64,000 bases of DNA, taken from NCBI GenBank assembly GCA_964468045.1, contig CAYXTO010000013.1:21392-85391 (forward strand), in the 5' to 3' direction. The position numbers and the translations under genes were made by a program. The number at the start of each line of letters is the position of its first letter. Within the stretch, counting starts at the first letter, position 1. The notes under the pieces were generated by a model that saw only the letters and a list, made by a program, of their open reading frames with translations, searched no databases and was not told the DNA's origin. Origin of the DNA: an uncultured Caenibius sp. Its GTDB lineage: Bacteria > Pseudomonadota > Alphaproteobacteria > Sphingomonadales > Sphingomonadaceae. Below are positions 49,741 through 58,069 of this stretch, in pieces.

Positions 49741-52140
49741 ATGGCGAAGCTCGCATCACGGTCTCTTGCAACCATACTGCTCATCATCGGCCTGATGGTC
49801 GGATTGGGCGGAGCCTGGCTCATCGTGCTGGGGGGCTCGCCCTATTATCTTCTCGGCGGCATGGCCGTGGCGCTGTCCGGGTTCTGGCTGTGGCGCTCCA
49901 ACTCCCGCGCCGGCTGGCTCTATGCGGCCTTCCTGATCGTCACCGCCTTGTGGGCGCTGTGGGAAGTCGGCCTCGATGGCTGGCAGCTGACCGCACGCAT
50001 CATCGGTCCGGCCCTGTTCGGTCTGTTCTTCGCGCTGCCCGGTGTGAGGAAGCAGATCGGCAAGAGCGGATGGGCCGCTGCCGCTGCCGGCCTGCTGGGT
50101 TTCCTGGTGGTGTTCGGCGCGGCCCTGCGCTCCCCGATGGAAGTGGCCGCGGACAAGGCACCCCAGGTGCGCACGGCGCAGACGCTCGGTAACGACAACG
50201 AATGGAGCGCCTGGGCCCGCGACAATGCCGGATCGCATTTCTCCCCCCTGAGCCAGATCACCCCGGCCAATGTCGACAAGCTCGAACTCGCCTGGGAATT
50301 CGACACCGGCTACGACCCGATGACCGATGCCGCGCCCAGTCCGCTCCAGGCGACTCCGCTGATGGTGGATGGCCGGCTTTACCTCTGCACGCAGACCAAC
50401 GTCGTCTTCGCGCTCGATCCGGAAACCGGCAAGGAACTCTGGCGCTTCGATCCCAAGGTCGACCCGACCGGCGGCACCGCCGTGCGTACCTGCCGCGGCG
50501 TGACCTATTATGAAAGCCAGGCAACGGCGCCCGCCCAAGGTGCTGGTGCTGCTGGTACGGCGCCTGCCGCCGTGCCCTTCTGTGCTCGCCGGATCATCAC
50601 CGGCACCTTCGGCGCGCAGCTGATCGCGCTCGACAGCGCCACCGGCAAGCCCTGCCCGGGCTTCGGCGAAAACGGCATCGTCGACCTCAAGGAAGGCATG
50701 GGCGAAGTGCTGCCGGGCTATTATCATATCTCTTCGGCCCCCACGATCGTGCGCGGTACGATCGTCGTTGGCGGCTGGGTGGCCGATAATCTGAGCGCCA
50801 ATCAGCCGTCCGGCGTCATCCGCGGCTTCGATGCGGAAACCGGCCGGCTGCGCTGGGCATGGGACGCCGGCAATCCGGCCAACCGGAACGGCCCGCCGCC
50901 GGGACAATGGTATACCCGCTCGACTCCCAACAGCTGGGCCCCGATGAGCGCGGACGAGGAACTGGGCCTCGTCTATGTGCCTACCGGCAATCCCGCGCCG
51001 GACTATTTCGGCGGCTACAGGTCGCAGGCGAGCGAGACGTACGGCAGCGCGGTCGTCGCGCTGGATGCGCAGACGGGGGAGCCGAAATGGCATTTCCAGA
51101 CCGCGCACCATGATCTTTGGGATTATGACGTCGCATCCCAGCCCACGCTGTTCAACTTCCCCGGCAAGAACGGGCCGATCCCGGCCCTGGCCCAGGCGAC
51201 CAAGCGCGGCGAATTGTTCGTGCTGGATCGCCGGACCGGCACACCGCTGACCCAGGTCGTCGAGAAGCCTGCGCCGCAAAGAGGCAAGGTGCCGGACGAT
51301 CGCCTCTCCCCGACCCAGCCGTTCTCCACCGGGATGCCCAGCTTCGCCGGGGATCGCCTGACCGAAAAGGACATGTGGGGCATCACTCCGATCGACCAGC
51401 TGTTCTGCCGGATCTGGTTCAAGCGGCTGCGGTATGACGGGCCGGTGACTCCTCCGGGGCTGGACGAGGCGATCGTCTATCCCAGCATCGGCGGCGGCAT
51501 GAACTGGGGCGGCGTGGCGTTCGATCCGGATCGCCGGATCATGATCATCAATTCACTCTATTATGCAACGCTGCTGTCGCTTATTCCGCGGGTAGAAGCC
51601 GACCGGCAGATCGAAGCGGCAGGCAAGGCGGGCGACAGCCACGATCTGGCGCTGGCCGCCGCACCGCTGCCGATGGCCGGGACGCCCTATGGCGCTCGGG
51701 TGCGGGGTTTCACGACACCGCTCAACACGCTGTGCCACGCGCCGCCCTATGGCCGGATGACGGCGGTCGACATGGATACGCAGAAGATCCTCTGGCAACG
51801 TCCGGTAGGCACCGTCCAGGATAGCGGCCCGCTCGGCCTCAAGGTCGGCCTGCCGATCCGCATGGGCATGCCGGGCTTCGGCGGATCTCTGGTTACACGC
51901 AGCGGCCTGACGTTCTTCGGCGCCCAGAAGGAGCAAGCCTTCCGCGCCTTCGACACCGCGACCGGAAAGGAACTCTGGTCCACCCGGATGCCGGCATCCG
52001 GCAATGCGAATCCGATGACCTATAGCGGCCCCAGGAGCGGGCGCCAGTTCGTCGTGATTGCCGCCAGCGGTCACGTCACCTCCCAATCCTTGCCTCTGGG
52101 CCGGACTTTCCGCGCTTATGCCCTTCCGGAGAAAAAATGA
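49741..52140 (+). CDS. Membrane-bound PQQ-dependent dehydrogenase (glucose/quinate/shikimate dehydrogenase family)
   Basis: ATG at 49741 after GGAGGGAGAAG. The N-terminal 5-TM anchor (GGSPYYLLGGMAVALSGFWLW...LWALWEVGLDGWQL) is typical of Gcd/QuiA. It is followed by the PQQ beta-propeller (repeated W-motifs, DLWDYD). Confidence 0.9.
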   Translation: MAKLASRSLATILLIIGLMVGLGGAWLIVLGGSPYYLLGGMAVALSGFWLWRSNSRAGWLYAAFLIVTALWALWEVGLDGWQLTARIIGPALFGLFFALPGVRKQIGKSGWAAAAAGLLGFLVVFGAALRSPMEVAADKAPQVRTAQTLGNDNEWSAWARDNAGSHFSPLSQITPANVDKLELAWEFDTGYDPMTDAAPSPLQATPLMVDGRLYLCTQTNVVFALDPETGKELWRFDPKVDPTGGTAVRTCRGVTYYESQATAPAQGAGAAGTAPAAVPFCARRIITGTFGAQLIALDSATGKPCPGFGENGIVDLKEGMGEVLPGYYHISSAPTIVRGTIVVGGWVADNLSANQPSGVIRGFDAETGRLRWAWDAGNPANRNGPPPGQWYTRSTPNSWAPMSADEELGLVYVPTGNPAPDYFGGYRSQASETYGSAVVALDAQTGEPKWHFQTAHHDLWDYDVASQPTLFNFPGKNGPIPALAQATKRGELFVLDRRTGTPLTQVVEKPAPQRGKVPDDRLSPTQPFSTGMPSFAGDRLTEKDMWGITPIDQLFCRIWFKRLRYDGPVTPPGLDEAIVYPSIGGGMNWGGVAFDPDRRIMIINSLYYATLLSLIPRVEADRQIEAAGKAGDSHDLALAAAPLPMAGTPYGARVRGFTTPLNTLCHAPPYGRMTAVDMDTQKILWQRPVGTVQDSGPLGLKVGLPIRMGMPGFGGSLVTRSGLTFFGAQKEQAFRAFDTATGKELWSTRMPASGNANPMTYSGPRSGRQFVVIAASGHVTSQSLPLGRTFRAYALPEKK

Positions 52141-52625
52141 TGGCCAGCCTTGCAGTCAGCCCGTTCAGCCCGCCCGAACTGCTCGAGAAAGCGAGCAGTG
52201 ACGATGCGCGGGAGTGGGTTCCAGCGGCCATGGACGGCGTGTGGATGCGTCCTTTGCTGTTCGATACCGTTGCTGGCGCATGGGTGAATGTCACGCGGCT
52301 GGAACGGGAAGGCTTCATCAGCCGCCATGCGCATCCCTGCCCGGTCCACGCCTATGTGCTGTCCGGCCAATGGCGCTATGCGGAAAGGGACTGGATCGCA
52401 ACCGCAGGCAGCTACCTGCTCGAACCGCCGGGCGACATCCACACGCTGATGGGATTACCAGGCGGGTCGGAAACGCTTTTCTGGATTGGCGGAACGTTGG
52501 TCGAACTCGACGAAAACGGCAATACGACCGGCTATGCCGATGTGTTCACCCGCATCGAACAGGCTGCAAAGCACTTCGAAAAGGTCGGGCTTGGCCGCGA
52601 TTACGTGAAGCGTTTCATTCGCTGA
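52137..52625 (+). CDS. Cupin, 2,4'-dihydroxyacetophenone dioxygenase (DAD)-like family
   Basis: ATGA overlap with the PQQ dehydrogenase gene. RHAHPCPVHAYVLSGQWRYAERDWIATAGSYLLEPPGDIHTL is the His-rich cupin pattern I associate with DAD-family proteins. Confidence 0.75.
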   Translation: MMASLAVSPFSPPELLEKASSDDAREWVPAAMDGVWMRPLLFDTVAGAWVNVTRLEREGFISRHAHPCPVHAYVLSGQWRYAERDWIATAGSYLLEPPGDIHTLMGLPGGSETLFWIGGTLVELDENGNTTGYADVFTRIEQAAKHFEKVGLGRDYVKRFIR

Positions 52626-52647
52626 CGTCGAACCGGTTTGGTCCAGG

Positions 52648-52682
52648 AAAAAAGCCGCGCCCGTCAGGACGCGGCTTTTTTT
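52648..52682. terminator. Bidirectional rho-independent terminator
   Basis: AAAAAAGCCGCG (52648-52659) pairs with CGCGGCTTTTTT (52670-52681), flanked by an A-tract and a T-tract. Lies between the convergent cupin and BVMO genes. Confidence 0.7.
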
Positions 52683-52700
52683 ATTTCACTTCCCGGGTTT

Positions 52701-54359
52701 TCAGGCGTCGACCAAGGCCCCCTGACGCATCACGAAGCCTTCGTAACCGTTGGCTTTCACCTCCGCCACCTTCGCGCGGTAGGCGGGATTGCCGCCATTA
52801 TACACCAGCAGGCGATGGCCCCGCTTAGCGCCTTCGCCGAACTCGCCCCAGAACCAGCTGTTGGTGGCGGTGGTGAGCAAGGTCTGGTTGGCGACATCAT
52901 AGACATGCTGCGTCCATTCCTCCGCGGCGCTCTCTTCCGTTTCGATCCGTTCCACCCCATTGTCCTTCATGTACTGGAACAGGTCCGCGACCCATTCCAC
53001 CTGGGCTTCGGAACAGCGCGGGATATTGCAGAACGTGGCACCGTTGTGCGCACCGACCAATGTGAAGAGATTCGGAAATTCGGGAATCTGGAGGCCAAGA
53101 TAGGTGAAGGGGCCGTTGAACCAGGCTTCCTTCATCGTTTTTCCACCGATCCCGCGAATATCCATCTGCTTGATGCCGCCGATGATGGCATCGAAGCCGG
53201 TGGCATAGATGATCATGTCGAGATCGTACTTGGCATGCTCCGTTTCGATGCCTTCGGGCGTCATGCGCTGGATCGGATCTTCGTGAATATCCACCAGATG
53301 GACGTTCGGCTGGTTGTAGGCCTCGTAATACTTGGTTTCCATCGGCACGCGCTTCAGGCCGAAGCCGTGGTCCTTGGGAATCAGCTTTTCCGCGACCTTC
53401 GGATCCTTCACCCGCTCGCGAATCTTCTTGGCGATGAAATCGGTGATGTAGCCATTCACCTTGGGATCGGTGAACATGTCCGCATAATGGCCGACCCAGA
53501 TGGCGTAGCCTGACTGGTTGTAAAGCTCTTCGAACAGAGCCTCACGCTCCTCATGCGTCGTACCTTCGGCCGTTTCGTACATGAAATCGTGCTGGAAGCC
53601 GGAATTGGTGTTTCCGCACTTCTCGAAGATCTTCGGATAGTTCGCCTTGATCTCGGCCATGCGCTCCGGCTCGATCGGCTTGTCGCACAGCGGCGCGCAC
53701 CAATTGGGATGGCGCTGAAAGACATAGAGCTCGCCGGCCGTCTTGGCCACTTCCTGGATGACCTGAACCCCGGTTGCGCCGGTGCCGATCACACCCACGC
53801 GCTTGCCCGCGAAATCGACCTTCTGCCCGCCATAGCCATCGCGCTCATGCGGCCAGTAATAGGTGTGATAGGTCTCGCCCCGGAACAGGTCCATGCCCGG
53901 ATAGTTGGGCATATTCGGATGAGAGAGCGCCCCGACGCAAGTCAGCAGGAAGCGGGACTTGTACACCTCCGCATTGTCCAGCTCGACCGACCAGCTGTTT
54001 TCCTCATTGTTGAAGATGGCCTTCTTGATCTGCGTATTGAACGTGATGTCCTTGCGCACATCCATCTTGTCCGCCGCCTTGCTGAAGAACTCGTTGAGTT
54101 CCGGCTGGGTGGCGAATTCGGTCTTCCAGTCCCATTCCTGCAGCAGCTCGGGCAGGAACGAATAGGGATAGGTGTAGGATTCCGAATCCAGCTTGCAGCC
54201 CGGATAGCGGTTCATCGTCCAGGTGCCGCCCACATCCCCGTTCTTCTCGAACGCATGGACTGAATAGCCCATCTTCCGCAGACGATAGAGCGTATACATC
54301 CCGGTGATGCCAGCACCGATGATGATGACATCGAAATCCAGATCAGACCTTTGTGCCAT
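52701..54359 (-). CDS. Type I Baeyer-Villiger monooxygenase (FAD/NADPH, cyclohexanone-monooxygenase-like)
   Basis: GAGITG FAD motif, GGTW, BVMO fingerprint FRGETYHTYYWP (FxGxxxHxxxWP), second Rossmann motif GTGATG. 552 aa. Confidence 0.92.
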   Translation of the reverse strand: MAQRSDLDFDVIIIGAGITGMYTLYRLRKMGYSVHAFEKNGDVGGTWTMNRYPGCKLDSESYTYPYSFLPELLQEWDWKTEFATQPELNEFFSKAADKMDVRKDITFNTQIKKAIFNNEENSWSVELDNAEVYKSRFLLTCVGALSHPNMPNYPGMDLFRGETYHTYYWPHERDGYGGQKVDFAGKRVGVIGTGATGVQVIQEVAKTAGELYVFQRHPNWCAPLCDKPIEPERMAEIKANYPKIFEKCGNTNSGFQHDFMYETAEGTTHEEREALFEELYNQSGYAIWVGHYADMFTDPKVNGYITDFIAKKIRERVKDPKVAEKLIPKDHGFGLKRVPMETKYYEAYNQPNVHLVDIHEDPIQRMTPEGIETEHAKYDLDMIIYATGFDAIIGGIKQMDIRGIGGKTMKEAWFNGPFTYLGLQIPEFPNLFTLVGAHNGATFCNIPRCSEAQVEWVADLFQYMKDNGVERIETEESAAEEWTQHVYDVANQTLLTTATNSWFWGEFGEGAKRGHRLLVYNGGNPAYRAKVAEVKANGYEGFVMRQGALVDA

Positions 54360-54413
54360 AAGGCATCTCCCAATTCAGCAGCTGTGCCGATTCCGGCTAA
54401 GCTCCGGGATATT

Positions 54414-54476
54414 CTAGCGCCTTGACCTTGATCAAGAAAGCGAATCTTTCTCGGCTTTTGATCAAGGCCTCGCTAG
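54414..54476. repeat. Nested inverted-repeat element containing two TTGATCAA palindromes
   Basis: CTAGCG (54414-54419) / CGCTAG (54471-54476). CCTTGATCAA (54426-54435) / TTGATCAAGG (54458-54467). GAAAG / CTTTC around 54436-54450. Lies between the EthD stop and the BVMO start. Confidence 0.5.
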
Positions 54477-55261
54477 AGCGCCCACTCGCGCTCAACGTAG
54501 GGATACTCCTTCCCGGAAAACAGGAACGACTGCCCCAGCTCTATGAAATTGCGCTCGTCCTGAGCCGCCGTCAACCTGGCCTGTTCCACATCGGCGCCGC
54601 CGGGAACACGCGAGCGGTCGAACCACGCCTCGGCATGCCCGATAAACCGCCCCACTCCGAAGCCGAGCGCCGACGCGACCTGCCCGGTCAGCGGATAATC
54701 GCGGCGATGGACCTGATAATAGCAGGTGGTGCCCCGCGCGACGGCATGGGAGCGGACCAGCGGGCCATGCTCGGTCAGCCAATAGCTTTGGGCCTCGGCA
54801 TCGGTCATGCCGGCGCGCGGCATCAGCGGAAAGGCGAGCTTCAGCAGCGGCGTGCGCGGCCGCGCGGCGACACGCCCGGGAGCGGAGGAAACCTGCGGAA
54901 ATTCGTGCGCCAGCCAGCACAGCGATCCGGCCGCGTCGATAATTCCCTCGCCCGCCTGGCGGACCAGAGCGAGCGCAGAAGCGCCCCCAGAAGAGCCACA
55001 GAGCGACTCAAGCGCATCATGGGATGGCCACCAGAAGTCCGCCATCGCCTCGAACGGGCTGATCAGGCTGCCGCGCAACTCCGTTGCGATGCGATCGCCT
55101 TCCGCTGCATCGGGGTCGGCATGGAACTGGACGTAGCGGATCAGCCCGAGCTTCGCCTGCAAGCCCGCGACGGCGGGCCCGACCACATCCCGTAAGCCGG
55201 CGAAGAACGCCTCGGGAGCCAGCGCCGCATCGCGTTTCAGAAGACAGACCAGCCTTATCAT
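54473..55261 (-). CDS. Tandem EthD-domain protein (two dimeric alpha/beta-barrel modules)
   Basis: MIRLVCLLKRDAALAPEAFFAGL... and a second module LLKLAFPLMPRAGMTDAEAQSYWLTEHGPLV... both fit the EthD N-terminal pattern (beta-strand, K/R-R, helix with F/Y-W). Confidence 0.75.
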   Translation of the reverse strand: MIRLVCLLKRDAALAPEAFFAGLRDVVGPAVAGLQAKLGLIRYVQFHADPDAAEGDRIATELRGSLISPFEAMADFWWPSHDALESLCGSSGGASALALVRQAGEGIIDAAGSLCWLAHEFPQVSSAPGRVAARPRTPLLKLAFPLMPRAGMTDAEAQSYWLTEHGPLVRSHAVARGTTCYYQVHRRDYPLTGQVASALGFGVGRFIGHAEAWFDRSRVPGGADVEQARLTAAQDERNFIELGQSFLFSGKEYPYVEREWAL

Positions 55262-55303
55262 TCCTACATCCCCTCCGCACGATCGAGGATAGCCCCGATC
55301 GCC

Positions 55304-55804
55304 TCAGATCACCGTTTCGAGCGGCGGCAGCTTGTCGCGGTCAGGATCGATCCCGTTGCCCTTGAACCACACCCGGCTGCGCAGCGCATCCTTCTCGCCA
55401 TAAGCGAGAATTACATCCCAGGCACCGCGTGGCAATGGCTTGCGGCCTTCATCGCCGAGGATGACCCGGTCGATCGCATGGCCGAGCGTGCAGATGCCCC
55501 CATTGAGCGCATCGATATCGTACAGGTCGAGATCCGCCACCTGACCGAGCGCGGCGCGCAGACCGGCGGCCTGCTCATCATCCACCTCGGGCGCGAGCGC
55601 TTCGGCCAACTCGCGGATCATCCGGAAGGAACCGGCTTCGTAGCGCACGGCGTGCTTCCATTGATCCTTGAGCATGGCGAGATGGCCGACGATCAGGCGC
55701 ACCTGCTCCTGCGCCAGTTTCTGGTCATCCGGAATGGCGGGAGCGACCACTTCCTGCATCGCCTTCATCATGTTCCTGAAGCGGACATCGACACTGGGCA
55801 GCAT
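55304..55804 (-). CDS. Hypothetical protein (166 aa, probably all-helical), translationally coupled to the kinase gene
   Basis: ATG at 55802-55804 overlaps the kinase stop (ATGA), with AGGAGGA 7 nt upstream. No recognisable motif. Confidence 0.65.
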   Translation of the reverse strand: MLPSVDVRFRNMMKAMQEVVAPAIPDDQKLAQEQVRLIVGHLAMLKDQWKHAVRYEAGSFRMIRELAEALAPEVDDEQAAGLRAALGQVADLDLYDIDALNGGICTLGHAIDRVILGDEGRKPLPRGAWDVILAYGEKDALRSRVWFKGNGIDPDRDKLPPLETVI

Positions 55805-56997
55805 CAGATTTCCTCCTTGAGCATCTTGGTGATCTGTTCGAGGAAAACCGCGCCCGCCGAGCCGAGCCAGGTCATCACGTTTTCCTGATGATTGGTGTGC
55901 CCTTCGGCGACGCGCATCGCCTGGCCGAGATCCATCACCGCGCATTTGTAGGCGTTCAGCATCTCATACCAGCGCAACTTGACCGGATCGATCACATTGC
56001 CCGACAGCTGCTGATATTTTTCCAGAAACTCTTCGCGCGGGAGAAAGCCGGAAACGAGGAACTGCCCGTTGTCGTCGAGATAGCCGAACAGGCGCTGGAT
56101 GGTCCAGGCGATGTCCTCATGATAATCGCCCAGATGGCCCAGCTCCCAGTCGAGCACGGCCGTGAATTGCCCGCTCGGCTCCTCGAACATGAAATTGCCG
56201 ATGCGCAGGTCGCCGTGCACCACCCCGACCTTGTCGCAAACCGGGATGTTCTCCCGCAGCCAGCGTTCGCACAGGGTAATGATCGGCACGGGCTCGACTA
56301 TCGCGTTCCAGTAAAGGCCGGACCAGAAGTTCAGCTCCCACAACGCGGCATCCGTGGTGCCCGCCCTCGGCCTGGCGAAGAGCGAGAGATCCTTCGAACG
56401 CCAGTCCAGCCCATGGGTCTTGACGAATGCATCGACGAACTGGGGCGTAAGCTTGGGCGCGATGTCGTCGAAGCGGGTGCCCATGCCCGACACGCCCTTG
56501 GCCCCGCCGCTGGTGGGCTCGGTCACCCCGGAAACGAATTCCAGGATGGAGCCCGCCTGATCCAGTATGTCGGCATCGACATCGACGTGGCGGATCGTGG
56601 CGACCGGCAAGGTGCCGATCATCGCGTTCTGCAATTGCGCCTCGCGACCGCGGCAGGATTGGGAAATCCCTTCCGGCGGATCCATCCGCAGGACGAGCTT
56701 CTCGCCGCCCGGCCTGTCGGCATGGGCCACATCGAAAATGAACTGCTCCTTGGAAGCCCCGCCGGACATGCGGCGCACGTTCGCGATGGTGGCGTCCTTG
56801 TAGCCGAGATGATCGAAATAGCGCTTGAGCATCGCCGCGATCTCGTCACTCGTGCGGGCGCGATAAGGCCCCTTCCGCCGATAGGCGAGCGTGCGCTCCA
56901 GAACCCATTTCTGCCGGGGGTCCATCGCATCGCGATCCCATGGATCGGCAAAGGTCTTATCGTCCCCTTCGCGGACTTCCTCTTCAAGCATCTGCAT
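55804..56997 (-). CDS. APH-fold phosphotransferase (aminoglycoside phosphotransferase / ACAD10-11 N-terminal kinase-like family)
   Basis: SGGASKEQFIFDV nucleotide-lobe block, catalytic loop VVHGDLRIGNFMFEE (HGD-x4-N), and VLDWELGHLGDYHEDIAW (DWE motif). Confidence 0.85.
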   Translation of the reverse strand: MQMLEEEVREGDDKTFADPWDRDAMDPRQKWVLERTLAYRRKGPYRARTSDEIAAMLKRYFDHLGYKDATIANVRRMSGGASKEQFIFDVAHADRPGGEKLVLRMDPPEGISQSCRGREAQLQNAMIGTLPVATIRHVDVDADILDQAGSILEFVSGVTEPTSGGAKGVSGMGTRFDDIAPKLTPQFVDAFVKTHGLDWRSKDLSLFARPRAGTTDAALWELNFWSGLYWNAIVEPVPIITLCERWLRENIPVCDKVGVVHGDLRIGNFMFEEPSGQFTAVLDWELGHLGDYHEDIAWTIQRLFGYLDDNGQFLVSGFLPREEFLEKYQQLSGNVIDPVKLRWYEMLNAYKCAVMDLGQAMRVAEGHTNHQENVMTWLGSAGAVFLEQITKMLKEEI

Positions 56998-57042
56998 CTC
57001 CTTGGTGCCGGTCTACCCAGCCGGCCTGAACCTCGAGTGAAA

Positions 57043-57981
57043 CTAGTTTCCGTTGCCGCGCCACGGGAAATTGAAGCCGCCTTCGCCCATGCCATAGCCG
57101 AGCGTGCCGTCCGCGAGCCGGAACTCCATCATCTGCTCGACCATCATGAAAGTGTCGAACGGATAGTGCCAATGGAACATCGGCTTGCCTGTGAACTCCC
57201 ACAGGCGGCCGGTTTCATCCCATATCTTCCAATGGCCCGATTTGAAGCGGACGCCGTCTTCGTAATATTCGATTTCCTCTTCCATACGGTCGATCGCCAT
57301 CCAGCGCGTGCCATCATGCAGGATTTTCTGATAGCTGTGCCCGTGGTCGGTGATGCCGTGGACGGCGACGCAGGCCATGCCATTGTCGAAGATCGGCCAG
57401 ACGAGGCGATAATGGTGAAGCCCGGACCAGTTGCGCGGCCCCGCGCTGATATCGCGCCAGCCCGTGGTATCGATCGCCACGGTTTCGCCATTCTTCAGCT
57501 TGAGCGTACCCTTGACCGAGCACACGCCCTCGGGGTGGTAGAAACTCAGCTCGCGCCCGATCGCGTCATCGTCGCTCTTCTCGTCCTTGCCGACATGGAT
57601 GCTGTCGCAAAGCTCGAACAGCTGATCCCACAAGAGATCCGCCGAGAAATCCTCATGCGCGATGGTGACCCTGCAGCTCTGGAGGGGTTTCTCGACCTTG
57701 AAGGTAATCCCGGCCAGGGTGACGCCCGGATCGGGCCGATCCTCGGTATAGGGGAGGTTCATGTTGCTGCGCAGGAACAGCGGCTTTCCATCGCGGAAGA
57801 AGATCGCCCAGCAATTGCTTTCACCGAGGTTCTCCAGAAACCCCATCCGGATGAAGGCGCCGCAGCCCGTGTGGCGGTCATAGAAATTGAAGAAGTAGCT
57901 CTGGTTCCATTTGCGGATGTCCGGATTGCGGATCAGCTTCTCGCAATCCCGCTGCAGGGCATCCAGAGTCAGCTCGGTCAT
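57043..57981 (-). CDS. Conserved hypothetical protein, unnamed family A, copy 3 of 3
   Basis: Start at MTELTLDALQ (ATG 57979-57981) with GGGAGAG upstream. WNQSYFFNFYDRH and VCSVKGTLKLKNGETVAIDTTGWRDISAGPRNW align with the other two copies. Confidence 0.75.
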   Translation of the reverse strand: MTELTLDALQRDCEKLIRNPDIRKWNQSYFFNFYDRHTGCGAFIRMGFLENLGESNCWAIFFRDGKPLFLRSNMNLPYTEDRPDPGVTLAGITFKVEKPLQSCRVTIAHEDFSADLLWDQLFELCDSIHVGKDEKSDDDAIGRELSFYHPEGVCSVKGTLKLKNGETVAIDTTGWRDISAGPRNWSGLHHYRLVWPIFDNGMACVAVHGITDHGHSYQKILHDGTRWMAIDRMEEEIEYYEDGVRFKSGHWKIWDETGRLWEFTGKPMFHWHYPFDTFMMVEQMMEFRLADGTLGYGMGEGGFNFPWRGNGN

Positions 57982-58069
57982 GTTTCTCTCCCGTATTTGC
58001 GTTGCCCCATACGCAAAAGAGCCCCGGCCGTAAAGCCGGAGCCCCCATTGCAACCGATTTTTGTTCGGA

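Noticed and set aside
57982-58069. Two small hairpins (TTTGCGT...ACGCAAA and CCGGC...GCCGG) between the TonB receptor stop and family A copy 3, considered as a terminator splitting the operon.
   Set aside because: The stems are short (5-7 bp) and the following U-tract is weak. At most this is an attenuator, so it was not called as a feature.
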